Shown here: one piece after another, positions 51,300-62,966 of the stretch
Layout: each line of letters starts with the position of its first letter
How positions within the stretch are numbered: position 1 is the first letter of the stretch
Source of the DNA: Oopsacas minuta
Lineage: Eukaryota > Animalia > Porifera
Length of the DNA stretch: 64,000 nt
Assembly (NCBI GenBank): GCA_024704765.1
Contig: JAKMXF010000303.1
Coordinates: 1 to 64,000, forward strand
Direction: 5' to 3'
Notes under the pieces: generated by a model
The model's input: the letters and a program-made list of their open reading frames with translations, nothing else
Databases searched by the model: none
What the model was told of the DNA's origin: nothing
Position numbers and translations under genes: made by a program

Positions 51300-52667
51300 A
51301 TGCAAGTTATCATAGAAGGGCTCTCTGTCCCGATAAAGCTGGACCATTCCCCTCTCCTCCCTTACTTCTCCCTAAAATCAGTTGTTAAGACAACTCACCA
51401 ACTGGACCTGGATGAATTCTCCGTGTATTTATCCGGGAGGTTGCTATCTGATGAGAGTATGATATTAGACCTAGATCGTCCTCATGCTGAGCATTTAGTC
51501 TTGAGAGTACAGAGTAGAGTGTTGGGAGGAAAGGGAGGATTTGGTTCTCAGCTAAAAGCGATAGGAGCTCAAATACACAAGACAACTAGTCGAGAGGCTT
51601 GTAGGGACCTCAGTGGGAGGCGGGTTCGTGACATCAATGCTGAGAAAAGATACCAACAACTGGCTCGTGAGGAGAAGCGTCGTATCGAGGAGAGGAAACT
51701 GCAGCAGGTGAAGAGACGAGAGAAGAGATGGGCACAGAGGACAACTAGACCTAAACTAGAAGACCCTCTCTACTACCAATCACTGGAGAAGAATGAGAAT
51801 CGTGTTACTGCTGCACTCAAACATGCCCAGCAAATGAATGGTAAGAGAGTGAGTAATAATCAAGGGGCGACTAGTACTAAGAGAATAGTATTCAGAGGGA
51901 TGGGAGATCTGACAGATAGTGAGTCTGATTCAGAGACAGGAGTATCTTGTAATAAACCCCCTGTCTCTTCTGTATCCATACATACGGATCTTCCTTTATG
52001 TACAGCTGATAATATTTCTGAACATATTCAACCAGTACCAACTAGCTCTTATTCTGTTACAGTCTTACCTAATGATGGACCTATCATATGTAATGAAGTG
52101 ATATCTTCTTTTCAAACAGAAGCTATCCCTATAGAAACTCCTCTACCAGATCCTATAGATCCTAATACTCCTCTACCAGATCCTATAGATCCCAACACTC
52201 CTCTACCAGATCCTATAGATCTCAATACTCCACTACCAGATCCTATAGATCCCAACACTCCTCTACCAGATCCTATAGATCTCAATACTCCTCTACCAGA
52301 TCCTATAGATCTCAATACTCCACTACCAGATCCTATGGATCCCAACACTCCTCTACCAGATCCTATAGATCTCAACACTCCTCTACCAGATCCTATAGAT
52401 CTCAATACTCCTCTACCAGATCCTATAGATCTCAATACTCCTCTACCAGATCCTATAGATCTCAACAGTATCTCACGCAAACAAGAATTAGAGAAGTGTA
52501 GTTTAGAAATTCTTAAAATAACTCTACTGAGTTTTGGCCTGAAGTGTGGAGGTACTCTACAGGAGAGAGTAGATAGACTCTATACATATAAAGTAACACC
52601 TAGGGATCAACTACACCCCTCTATATTTGCTGGGAAAGGAAAGTCTAGGAAGTTGGACAAGAGGTAA
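51300..52667 (+). CDS. SDE2: SDE2 replication-stress/splicing factor
   Basis: Ubiquitin-like N-terminus ending RVLGG|[15 protein letters not shown], and C-terminal [11 protein letters not shown] domain. Confidence 0.93.
   Translation: MQVIIEGLSVPIKLDHSPLLPYFSLKSVVKTTHQLDLDEFSVYLSGRLLSDESMILDLDRPHAEHLVLRVQSRVLGGKGGFGSQLKAIGAQIHKTTSREACRDLSGRRVRDINAEKRYQQLAREEKRRIEERKLQQVKRREKRWAQRTTRPKLEDPLYYQSLEKNENRVTAALKHAQQMNGKRVSNNQGATSTKRIVFRGMGDLTDSESDSETGVSCNKPPVSSVSIHTDLPLCTADNISEHIQPVPTSSYSVTVLPNDGPIICNEVISSFQTEAIPIETPLPDPIDPNTPLPDPIDPNTPLPDPIDLNTPLPDPIDPNTPLPDPIDLNTPLPDPIDLNTPLPDPMDPNTPLPDPIDLNTPLPDPIDLNTPLPDPIDLNTPLPDPIDLNSISRKQELEKCSLEILKITLLSFGLKCGGTLQERVDRLYTYKVTPRDQLHPSIFAGKGKSRKLDKR
52137..52466 (+). 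repeat. In-frame 30-bp minisatellite x11 encoding (TPLPDPID[L/P]N)
   Basis: Eleven units counted directly in the DNA and the protein. Confidence 0.97.
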
Positions 52668-52873
52668 CTAAATAATATAATTAATAATGCTATAAACTAA
52701 TGCTGGATTTTACAATATTTCTTAAACAGCTGTTTCAACATGTTTTTACTTCCTTAACTACTTTACGTAACACTTTAATTAAGTATGTCTCCTTAATTTT
52801 CAATTTACAATCCTTACTACACTGTATTAGATAATTAGTGTTCTAATCGAAGTACTAATTCATATCAAACAGA

Positions 52874-53188
52874 ATGGCTGTTGGTGATTTCTTCGCTAAA
52901 TTCATATTCACTATTTGTGGATTTGGCGGTTCTCTGTGCTGTATGGTATTCAGCATATGGGGCGTCATAATGTTGGGACTGCTAGGTGTGTTCTTCTACA
53001 TAGAAGCTGTAGCTCTTATCGAGGACATCCCTCCCCTACAAGCTGGTGCAGACAATGCTGCTAACATTACTATGTCTTATCAAAAAGCTGGTATTGGTTG
53101 TTTCATAGGAGCAGGCCTATACGTTGGCACCTTCTTCCTCTCTCTAAGCTTCTTTATCTTTGATAGAGTTAAGCCAAAGATTATGTAA
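52874..53188 (+). CDS. RNASEK: RNASEK / V-ATPase subunit f
   Basis: Two TM helices with CG...S.CC.VFSIWGVIMLGLLGVFFY...ALIED and C.IGAGLY motifs. Confidence 0.88.
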   Translation: MAVGDFFAKFIFTICGFGGSLCCMVFSIWGVIMLGLLGVFFYIEAVALIEDIPPLQAGADNAANITMSYQKAGIGCFIGAGLYVGTFFLSLSFFIFDRVKPKIM

Positions 53189-53429
53189 TTCATGAATCTA
53201 GCTGGAAGTTTATATGTATATGTGAAGTGTTTACTCTATATGTTTGCTAATACTAGTCTTAAAGTAAAGAGACTTGTTGTAATTCATTTATATTAATTCA
53301 TACAACACACAGTATACTTACTATACTATATTATATGAAGGTGTAACGTTAATTAACTATTAACAAAAGAAAATGGTGGATTTATCATATTTGATTTAAG
53401 ATGGATTGTAAATATTGTTAGGCGGTTAA

Positions 53430-56016
53430 ATGTTAGACTCTAAACATACAGTATCATTATCACTTCTAACAGCTGCTAGAGAAGGGAAGAAACGAGAGCT
53501 GAGTGCAGATTTCGGTAAGAAAGAGTACTCAGATTCTGAGCTGGACAATCTCCTAGAGGCTCTGTTCAAAATTCACACTCTCAATGACTTATCTATTACC
53601 AGACTACCATTAACAGAGTTGAGGGAAGAGTTCTACTCACTCAGCAACCTGCTTAGACTCTCTGTTACTTCAGGAGTACTCACTGAAATATCTCCTAGCA
53701 TTAATCATCTCCAACAGATCAAGTAAGCATAGACCAGTTGCCTCACCTGTATTTATTTGTACTAACACATTTAATAAGCCCACAAATCTGTTAGTAATTT
53801 CTAGAATTAATAATGTCATGTTTTTGTGGATAAAATAAGCGAAGCACACTCTGTGTCTGCTATGTTAGGTTGGCAGTTACTATTTTTAGCTTTGCTACAT
53901 CTCCATTCACTAATCTTCCCTCTCTACTATGTAGCGGGGTCCCCAGCAGTGGTACATTAATTCGATAATTAATTTATAACGGAATTTGTTATGAGTTATG
54001 CTTACATATTTAATACATCTGTCACAACCTGAGTACCTATTGCCTGCGGCATGAATGCAAAAACATGATTTTTCCAGTAAAATCATTATCAAATCAAATT
54101 GATGTATATTTGAATATAGATGTATTAATGGGTAAATTAGCAGCCTGAATATATTTTCTTGATTTTATTTGCAAGATATATTGATCATTCCATTTGGAAC
54201 AAGCCAGTGTTCACAGAATTTACACTATGTTGATTCAAATCATTGATTTCTCTTCTGCCGGATAGCGTCTGTACATAACCGTATGAGTTATTATCACGTT
54301 AATTTATTGACTAACGTAAATCTATGACAAGTACTGGAGGTTTCGGCTGCGAGAAACTAAATGTGCTGGAGCTCGATATGATTGTAAAAGATAGAAATTA
54401 TGATTTTTTGTGTGAAATATTTAATGGGATTATGTGAGTACGTATTCTTATATCAGGTATTTGGATTTCTCTCAAAACAAGCTTACATCCCTACCCTCAG
54501 AGATATACTCTTTATACAATTTAGCATTGCTCAATGTCTCTTCGAATGAACTCACGTCTCTACCGGATTCTCCTCACTCACAACTACTTCCTACTCTGAC
54601 TGCTATCAATCTGGGACACAATCTAATAGAGAACTTCCCTATACCTCTACTCTATATGTCAGCTGTTACAGAGTTAGACATACCTAGTAATTCCCTGGTG
54701 GATATTCCTCCAGCTATACACTATCTCAACCAGCTGCGTAGAATTAATGCTAAAGATAACAAGATTACAGGTAATATACGTACTATGTACTGAATACGGT
54801 GGAAATGTCGTTTATAAATTATAACCATTTGGGGGTTTGAATAAGATTGATGCGATTAGAAACCTTGACAAGTTTTAATGTTCAAACATCAAATTCAGAA
54901 TTACAATCTTTCTGCAGGGTTCACTGAAGTGTAAATATATTCGATTCATTTTAGGATTACCAAACGAGTTGTCTAAGTGTAAAATAAAGTGTTTGTCTTT
55001 CGAATCAAATCCAATAAAAGACCGAAAGCTGAAAAAACTGATAGAACAGCATGGTGCTACCAAACCTAAATCTGTTCTTGACTATCTTAAAGCTAATGTT
55101 CCTGAGTCAAAAGATGAACAGTTACCAAAACCTAGATCCATGGTTCTTAAGGAGTTATCTAAAGTTCCTAAGTATGCTGCTGTAGTTAAACAGGGCACAG
55201 ATTGGATACTTGAGGTTAGAATACTGCAGTGCATTACTCCGCTGTACTACTGAACATATTTTCTGTATTATTTATTTCTATTATTAGATGTCAGATGTAG
55301 CTCGGGAGTACAGGTGCGTCTACTGTTGCTGTATTGTTAAGAATATTGATCTTTCAAATAAAGTAACTCTCTCACAATTCCTCAAACTACAGGCAGATAT
55401 ACACGCTAGTGAGCTTAGCAAGAACAGACAGCTGTGTACTGTAGGTACACACGATGTATCTGCTATCCAATTTCCACTCAAATTAATTATAGAATCTAGT
55501 ATCAATTCAAAGCTACAGCCGTTAGGTTGTGATTACGTCATGAGTGCTTTTGATTTTTTAAAGCTGGTGGAGAGAGAGAATATGATGAAGCAAGGAGATC
55601 ACGGTTATCTCAATAGATATATTAACTTATTGAAGTCAACTGAACACATTTGTTACTTACAAGACAGTAACAGTACTGTACTATCAATGCCTCCTATAAC
55701 GAATTGTACTGTCAGTATGTTACAACAGAAATTAGGAGATGTCTTTATTGAAGTGAGTTCTGACAAATCTGTTTATATCTGTCGTAAGGCTATGGAAGTG
55801 TTGCTTACTGGTATGTTACAATCTGGTATAAGTTCTGTTTCTACAGCTGACTCTAGTTTAAGTCCTGAAGGAGCAACTGCTCCTACTATGTTAGGAGCAC
55901 AACAGTTCGGATGTTTGGAGGTTGAACAGGTACGGGTTGTTAATGGGACAGGAGGATTGGTGGGTGTGTATCCAGGAAGAAGTGATTTAGTTGGTTGGGA
56001 AGTTAAGTGGTGCTAA
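53430..56016 (+). CDS. LRRC47: LRRC47 (LRR + B3/B4 PheRS-beta-like domain), join(53430..53722,54457..54770,54955..55214,55288..56016)
   Basis: LRRs, NPIKDRKLKKL, FLKLQ, R.LCTVGTHD, VLSMPPITN and C-terminal EVEQVRVV..G.L..VYP.RSDL. Confidence 0.88.
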
Positions 56017-57271
56017 TTTATTAGTTGTTAGAGGATTTCAATTCAGAGCTTATCATTTATACTCACAGGTAATAGTTTTAATTTTTAGCAATTTAGTTTC
56101 TTTATACTTTCTAAAATTGTGTCAATTTCTTATTAATTAACAAATTTCTCTGGACTCAAATTCTACTTAGTTAGGCTATCAGATACTGACTGATAGCTTG
56201 GGTTAATTTGTCAATAGGATCGTTGGGAAGCCATAGACTCTCAGAAGGAACTATTTCGGGGAGGTTCCTACTCAATCAAAAGGTGCGAAAATGCAATGGC
56301 GGCGCTAGAAATATATGATGGGGATCGTCGTCAAAGTTATGGGATGTTGGCGTTAGTCAGAATGATTTGGAAACGGTTCGTTTTGGGAGCAATTTTCTAT
56401 GAAATCTCAATAAGGCAGACAGTTGGCATTGCTAGGGATGAATTTTGTTCAATCCCCTTTAATGCCCCTTACTTCCTTTATTATTAAACGCGAACCCCGA
56501 TTAGCCTGATTAGCGAGCGAAGCGCTGTCCCAAGTCTTCAAGCCCATTGAAGACTTTACACACGGATTTTCCAGCAATTTATATGATCACATATCGACGT
56601 AATTTTCGAACATAATCAGGCTACTCGTTCTGACTATCGCCAACATAAAAAACCATTTTGACTAATGCCAACTTAGAAATTCTGATTAACGCATGCGCCT
56701 CATATTATTGCTATATCATAACTGGGCGTATAGTGTCAACTGAACACATTTTAAGTTTTAGACATAGAATTGCCAAGGGATTTGAAAACCGCAATCTTAC
56801 ATCAGCAATACTTGTACAAGCAAAGCCTTTGGAAATTTTCTGGGATGGAGGGGCGACCGCACGTTCGCTCCCCTCGGCCCGCCGTCATTGTGAAAATGTA
56901 GGTCCCTACCTCACACACCATTCACCCCGTTAGCTCCCTATAGGATTTGTACTATATGTAAATTCACCTGTGAAGTACTACAACTATTTTATGAATTCAT
57001 TGATCATCCATCTCTATAAATACTCAACACATTTGTTTTACATTAATTTGTTAGGACACATCGCACTTACACATGTTGTACAATTAATGATAACATATTT
57101 TTATCAATGATCATATAGTCAAACCAATTATAGCTATAGTTTGATCAGTGTGTGTTTTACTGAAACCTAAACATTTTCTGATCTGAAAATTATTTGAAAA
57201 ATGCAACATAATTTGATAGTTGGAATCCGAATAAATTGGACTACTGGAACACAGACAAAAAGTCAAACATA

Positions 57272-57458
57272 CAGTGGAACCTCGTTAATACGAACTCCAA
57301 CAGACGAGCGGTCAAATATTGTTCGCCTTATCCGGAGTTCATATGAACCGGAATAATACCAATTGGATATCGATCGTAGGGACCTGATATGTGCAAATAT
57401 TTGTTCGTCTTATCCTGAAATTCGTATTAACCGTGTTTATATTAACGAGGTTCCACTG
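57272..57458. mobile_element. pogo/Tc1-type MITE (187 bp)
   Basis: TA|CAGTGGAACCTCGTTAATA ... TATTAACGAGGTTCCACTG|TA. Confidence 0.9.
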
Positions 57459-58119
57459 TATATTACTTATTTTCCAAAGCGAAAACATCTCTACGAGCTA
57501 TAAATATCCTTGCATTACTAAATTTTGGCAATTAACCTAGAGTCTTCAGGTCAATATATTCATTCTTTCATCAAGCTTTTATATTGTTTGTACTACAAAT
57601 CTGCAACATAATGTTAATCATGGGCATTGGAAGAAATATATGCAGCTTCGCCGTTGAATCACTTGGGCCATAACAAAATGAGTATGAATTATTCGAATTA
57701 TCCAAAATTCAAACATGACAGACTACGTAGTCCCAACTTCGTTTTTCATGTTACCTTGATTATCCGAACATTTTGTAATGTCTGAGATTTCATATACGTA
57801 TTTCCTTGTTGCACTGTACATAACGAATGATTTCGTATAAAAGGATTCCTAAATGCAAAGAAACTCAAAGCTATCAGGAAAGCAGTTTACATACTAATAC
57901 TAATATATCATAGCTTCTTCATTTGCGAACTGACTGATTCTAATTATCTAGTTCAAACTGGTTTCCTTTGATATACTCGATACAACTTCACAACTGTCCT
58001 AAGCTTTTATACGAATTGAATAGATAAAATACCTTATTAACAAGCTATACGTTAGGTGCATATAATTACATATAATAAATGTTATTGCTACAAATCACTA
58101 TCCACAATTCAGATAAATA

Positions 58120-60231
58120 ATGAATATAGCTCCTTGCCTTCGAACAGTTAATGCAAATACTTGCATTGAAGAATTAATTGAGGAGGTTACAGATTTGGAT
58201 GAGTCTTGTTTGGAACTTCACCCAGCCCTGAGGGATGAAGAGTTACAGCTCCTCTACCAAATAACCAGTTCTCTCTGCAAGGAAGCCCTTATTCTACTGG
58301 CACTGGGTCCTACTGGTAGTGGTAAGACTATAACACTCAATAGATTAACAGCTGGGTTGGTACATCTAGATGTTAGTAAACGCAAGAGTCAAGTTGATGC
58401 ATTATTCAGGCCAGAACTACAAGATCTGTTCGATGGGAGACATCCTACCTGTTACGTTAGAGAGTTCGGTTTCTCTTCTCTCCCTCCTAGCAGAATGCTG
58501 GGTATTGCACCATTAGATACACCTCTAAAACTAGCAGTGATAGACACACCTGGATTCACGAATAAGATACAACTAAATAATGAGACTATTATGAACGGAT
58601 TCAAATCTCTAGACTCATTCTTAACAACTTGTAAGCAATCTCTGAATTGTCCGCAGGCACAAGTGTTTGTTGTGTACTTCCTCAAACAGACATGGACCTG
58701 GAGTAAGGTTGATTCTGAGATAATAAAGGGTATACAGCACTACTACGGATCAGTTAACATGTTTTGCATTACACATTCTCTGGTAATACCAGCATACATA
58801 CAGCATCCATTATCGGAAGAACTGATAGATTTCAAGAACCTAGAATTACCAGACATACACGCATTACATGAGGAAGAGAATTCATATCTGGGATTAGTTA
58901 GTGAGACAGATAAACTTCTAGCTGAAGAGAAATTCGAGAAGAGCTGGGTATCTCTATACAAACGTCTCTACAGTCTATCATCACACATCACCAAGATAAG
59001 AGAAAATGTTGTTGGGGCTAGAATTATATTCTTTGAGAACTCACCCAACTTATCTAGTACCAGTGATCTAGGTCTAGCTAACCTAGTGTTTAAGTTCTCT
59101 CGCGGCCTCAACTATACTTACGGCAGTTTCTTCACAATGCTAACTCTATTTGACATGTTACCCTCTTCTACACAGTTTATGCTCCTGCCCACATCTATGG
59201 ACAGGAGTAGAGTGAGTAGACTGCCTGTAGATAAGGAAGAACAACTGATGTCTCCATTCCATAAGTATGATATTGATTGTGTCAGGAAAGGACAGATGGA
59301 CTTCTTTCAGGAGTGCAGAGATGTTATTGATGATATTAATAGAGATAAGATACATCGAGTAAGTAAAAGCTTCTTTAAATCCAGCCTCCATTCTGTAACA
59401 GATCCTGTACCCCTCCAGCAGACAGATAGTCCTATTAAGAGGTTCGTGTCACAAGATTCCTCCAAATCATGTAGCTCTACTCTCTCAGACACAGACATAA
59501 GTAGTACAGCTTCTGAGACTAGTGAGGGGAGTAGAAAAATTAAAATGAAGCTTACCATCAAGGCTTTATGGTCTGATCTGTTTGAGAGTCGTGAGGAAGG
59601 ATTCCAGTTCCTGACAGAAGAGACTAAAAATATTCCACAATCTACACAGCCTAATAAGAAATACTCCAGAAGAGGTTTGAGAGACAAGAGTGATAAATCC
59701 GATAATTACACAACAAGTCGTAGGAAGAGCGCGCCTCTTTTCGCGAGTTTAGGTATTTTAAATCCAGATTTAGCACAATTCTTATCAAAGAAGAGAAGTT
59801 CTGAAGGTTCTCAGTCTCCCAGTCTTTTCTACACATCTGATTCTTCTTCCAACAATATACGTCTCAGGAAAAGCAATTCTGAGTCTCCCATTACTGATAA
59901 CCGGTCGCCAATTTCTAAACCTCAATTTTCAAAATCTCAATCAGCTAGACCAAGAGTATCTAGCTCTGTTAGCATTCAACCAATACGAATTATACCACTA
60001 CAAGAAGACAAGAGTCCGTCCCTACCGAACCTGCCCAATGAGTTAGAAGAGACTATTGTTAATCTGATAGGCAATGAACGAAAGAATTGTATGTTATGTA
60101 AGGATGAGCTAATATACTCTGTCTGTCCGAAATGCAAGAGAGGATACTGTGAGGCTTGTGTTTTTACGTTCTCAGGGTTCCAGAAAAAATGTAAATTTGA
60201 TTCAACCATTATGGAAAGTGTTTCTTTATAA
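58120..60231 (+). CDS. P-loop GTPase-like domain + Ser-rich linker + C-terminal RING-like zinc finger, intronless, 703 aa
   Basis: G1 GPTGSGKT, G3 VIDTPGF, AIG1/septin-like downstream pattern, and C-terminal CxxC-CxxC-CxxC-CxxD. Confidence 0.78.
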   Translation: MNIAPCLRTVNANTCIEELIEEVTDLDESCLELHPALRDEELQLLYQITSSLCKEALILLALGPTGSGKTITLNRLTAGLVHLDVSKRKSQVDALFRPELQDLFDGRHPTCYVREFGFSSLPPSRMLGIAPLDTPLKLAVIDTPGFTNKIQLNNETIMNGFKSLDSFLTTCKQSLNCPQAQVFVVYFLKQTWTWSKVDSEIIKGIQHYYGSVNMFCITHSLVIPAYIQHPLSEELIDFKNLELPDIHALHEEENSYLGLVSETDKLLAEEKFEKSWVSLYKRLYSLSSHITKIRENVVGARIIFFENSPNLSSTSDLGLANLVFKFSRGLNYTYGSFFTMLTLFDMLPSSTQFMLLPTSMDRSRVSRLPVDKEEQLMSPFHKYDIDCVRKGQMDFFQECRDVIDDINRDKIHRVSKSFFKSSLHSVTDPVPLQQTDSPIKRFVSQDSSKSCSSTLSDTDISSTASETSEGSRKIKMKLTIKALWSDLFESREEGFQFLTEETKNIPQSTQPNKKYSRRGLRDKSDKSDNYTTSRRKSAPLFASLGILNPDLAQFLSKKRSSEGSQSPSLFYTSDSSSNNIRLRKSNSESPITDNRSPISKPQFSKSQSARPRVSSSVSIQPIRIIPLQEDKSPSLPNLPNELEETIVNLIGNERKNCMLCKDELIYSVCPKCKRGYCEACVFTFSGFQKKCKFDSTIMESVSL

Positions 60232-60872
60232 TTTTAATATTTTGTACACTTCTGTACATAACTTCTGTCTTTGTGAGAGAATATATATACATATCTATTT
60301 TGTTTCGACTTTAATACCGTAAAAATATTTGTGATTATAGCACTTTATTTTGGTGGGTGTATCCAAGTGAGTATCAATGCTACGTACCTAACTTATATCA
60401 GTGCTGTACTAAGCTGTGCGCTGATAAGCTATGGACTTGTTTCCCATAGCCTTACCAGCTACTACTCATCTAAAACCTGATGCCGAGAGCACACACCATT
60501 TCTTTCTGACCCAGGAGCTGTACATGTATGTGTGTCAGATTAAAAATGTATTTATTTAATTACGTCACAGCAAGTGTGTAATCTTTTTGCGAAAATAATT
60601 GACTATAACTAGTCAGTAATAATATTATCATCAGTCTTAATAGCAATGTAAGAATAATATTTTATCCTCAATTCATACATTTTCTGGACGATATAATATT
60701 ATTATAGTTACTGAATTACACCTCACCCTTAGCCACCCAAATGACTGTACTCGTAATTAGGCAGAATTGGAGTGAGGATACCTTATCTCAAACTATCAAA
60801 TTTACTGTTGGTTGGTTTGTGCAAATATATTGATTATCTGTCATACATGTTTTTCTAATCAGATTATTCATA

Positions 60873-62153
60873 ATGGCTGAGGTATCTAGTGTAACAACTG
60901 ATATATTTGACTTATTACAAGTATACAATGATTTTGTTGTTGAAAATAACGAGTTAGGAGGCCAAGTATGTCCAAAGGAATTTCAATCTCTTATGGTAAT
61001 GAGAGATGAACTGTTCCCAGCTGTTAGAGATAACTCTGATGCACTAACAGTTATATGTAGTCTAAGAGAATGTGTATCTTCTATTCTAAGAGGAAAACAG
61101 GAAGAGGGATATAGTACTGGTAGAGTACAGATGTTGGTTGATCTGTGTTGGGAGAAGTTACATACAGGCGTTTGGAGTGATGTTGGTAAGGAATGGAGAA
61201 TGTTATACGGGATATCTTGTTTAATGCTAGCTTGTATGCAATTAGTTCACAACATGGATAATATAGTTATAGCTGTCAAGTTGTGTGATAAAGCTTTGAT
61301 GATGGGACATCCTGTGATTAGTGAGATAATACATTCTCTTGCAGACAAACTTACAGACATATTGTATGTAAGATATAGTCCTAAACTTCACAATAGTTAT
61401 ATTCATAGAGTGTTAGAGCCTCATAATATAGATTGTCCTATTAAGCTCTGTAGTGATGTAAGTTTACAAGCGTTTCAAACTCAAATATTTGGTATCGAGC
61501 CAGTTGTTATATTCGGAATGATGTCTGACTGGCCGAGTATGAGTATACGCAAATGGGACCTCCAGTACCTGTACAGGGTCGCTGGGTGCAGAACTGTCCC
61601 TATAGAGATCGGATCTAAATACACAGATTCTGACTGGAGACAGGAGTTAATGCTTCTCTCAGATTTCATAGACAAATACGTGACTTCTGATAACCCGCCA
61701 TCCACTGCATATCTTGCTCAGCACACTCTCTTCGATCAGATACCTCTGCTTAAGAGGGACATCTATATACCTGACTACTGTGCAGTGAACGACTCTGATA
61801 GAGAAGAAGGACAAGAAATAAGAATCCATTCTTGGTTCGGTCCAGAAGGGACAGTCTCTCCTCTCCATTATGATCCTCCCCACAATCTCCTCTGCCAAGT
61901 GATGGGCAGCAAATATATCCGTCTATACAGTCCCGATTACACAGACTGTCTCTACCCTCATGATGACAAACTCTTGCAAAACACAAGCAGAGTAGATATA
62001 GAAATACCAGATGATAAATTGTATCCAAAGTTTAAAGAAGCAATATTTATTGAGACAATCCTGAAGCCTGGACAGATGCTGTATATCCCACCTAAATGGT
62101 GGCACTTTGTTAAATCTCTTGAGGTAAGCTTCTCTGTCAGTTTTTGGTGGTAG
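60873..62153 (+). CDS. KDM8: JmjC hydroxylase KDM8/JMJD5
   Basis: WEKLHTGVW, RTVPIEIGSKY, YLAQHTLFDQIP, SPLHYD (HxD) and PPKWWHFV..L..SFSVSFWW. Confidence 0.95.
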   Translation: MAEVSSVTTDIFDLLQVYNDFVVENNELGGQVCPKEFQSLMVMRDELFPAVRDNSDALTVICSLRECVSSILRGKQEEGYSTGRVQMLVDLCWEKLHTGVWSDVGKEWRMLYGISCLMLACMQLVHNMDNIVIAVKLCDKALMMGHPVISEIIHSLADKLTDILYVRYSPKLHNSYIHRVLEPHNIDCPIKLCSDVSLQAFQTQIFGIEPVVIFGMMSDWPSMSIRKWDLQYLYRVAGCRTVPIEIGSKYTDSDWRQELMLLSDFIDKYVTSDNPPSTAYLAQHTLFDQIPLLKRDIYIPDYCAVNDSDREEGQEIRIHSWFGPEGTVSPLHYDPPHNLLCQVMGSKYIRLYSPDYTDCLYPHDDKLLQNTSRVDIEIPDDKLYPKFKEAIFIETILKPGQMLYIPPKWWHFVKSLEVSFSVSFWW

Positions 62154-62188
62154 AAATCAATACATATTATTCAGTGGTTATAATAAAA

Positions 62189-62425
62189 TCTATATTATTA
62201 AATCTCAATTGTTGTTTGTTTGTCCGTTGTTAGGGAAAGAATTTATGGTATGCGATTTTGAAGTTGTCGCAAAACTATGTATTTTCGTGTTTATCAAGGA
62301 AGTAAATAGAATTCAATAAAACTTAACGAAATATATCGAACATCTTGAATCTGATTTTCACACTTTTGGATTAATCATATGTAAATTTATTGTTGTTTTG
62401 TGAATATAAAGTAAACAAATTCTCG
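62189..62425 (+). mobile_element. 5' portion of the Helitron family
   Basis: A|TCTATATTATTAAA..CAATTGTTGTTTG matches the 5' terminus and first roughly 240 bp of 31930-33017. Confidence 0.75.
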
Positions 62426-62897
62426 AAATCTCAAAATATACGTACAGGCTTGTTCTAAACGGCGGAGGTACAAGAGTACGATATTACAAGTACAAATGAT
62501 TTTGAAAATATCAAAAGTGTGTGGAAATGATTAATTTATATTGAAAGGTGTGAAAATATGATTAATCATTAAATGGTGTCTGCGTGAAACGAATTTCTAG
62601 CATCATTTGAAATTCATGCAAAAATGCAGGCTCATAGTAGTCACATTTGAATTGGTCATGTAACTCCTGTTATTCATACCATGGATAGCTGATTTGGGTA
62701 CTTTGGAGTGGTAGTTTCATGTCAGATGATAATACATTTACACATTTAAAAATCAATTCGCGAATAGGAAGGAATTTATAATCAGACTCCATATACCCTG
62801 TTAGTTTGGATTGTATTTCAGTCGCTTCTAATTCTGCAAATATTGTTTTTAGACTGTAAATGTAGTAAATATCCGAAACGAAATCACCCTAAGAGTA

Positions 62898-62966
62898 CAG
62901 TGGAACCTGCATAAACCGACAATATTTTCATGTCCCAACGACTGTTGATGTATGCAGGTTCTACTG
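62898..62966. mobile_element. Minimal 69-bp pogo/Tc1-type MITE
   Basis: TA|CAGTGGAACCTGCATA ... TATGCAGGTTCTACTG|TA. Confidence 0.75.

Noticed and set aside
52112-52480. CRISPR-like array, or a minus-strand ORF of ([10 protein letters not shown])n
   Set aside because: The repeats are head-to-tail with no spacers and lie in frame within SDE2. The antisense ORF is a shadow of the repeat.
12308-62153. Lack of introns as evidence of HGT or retroposition
   Set aside because: Clearly native genes (RGS, IMPACT, SDE2, KDM8) are also intronless here, so this feature is uninformative.
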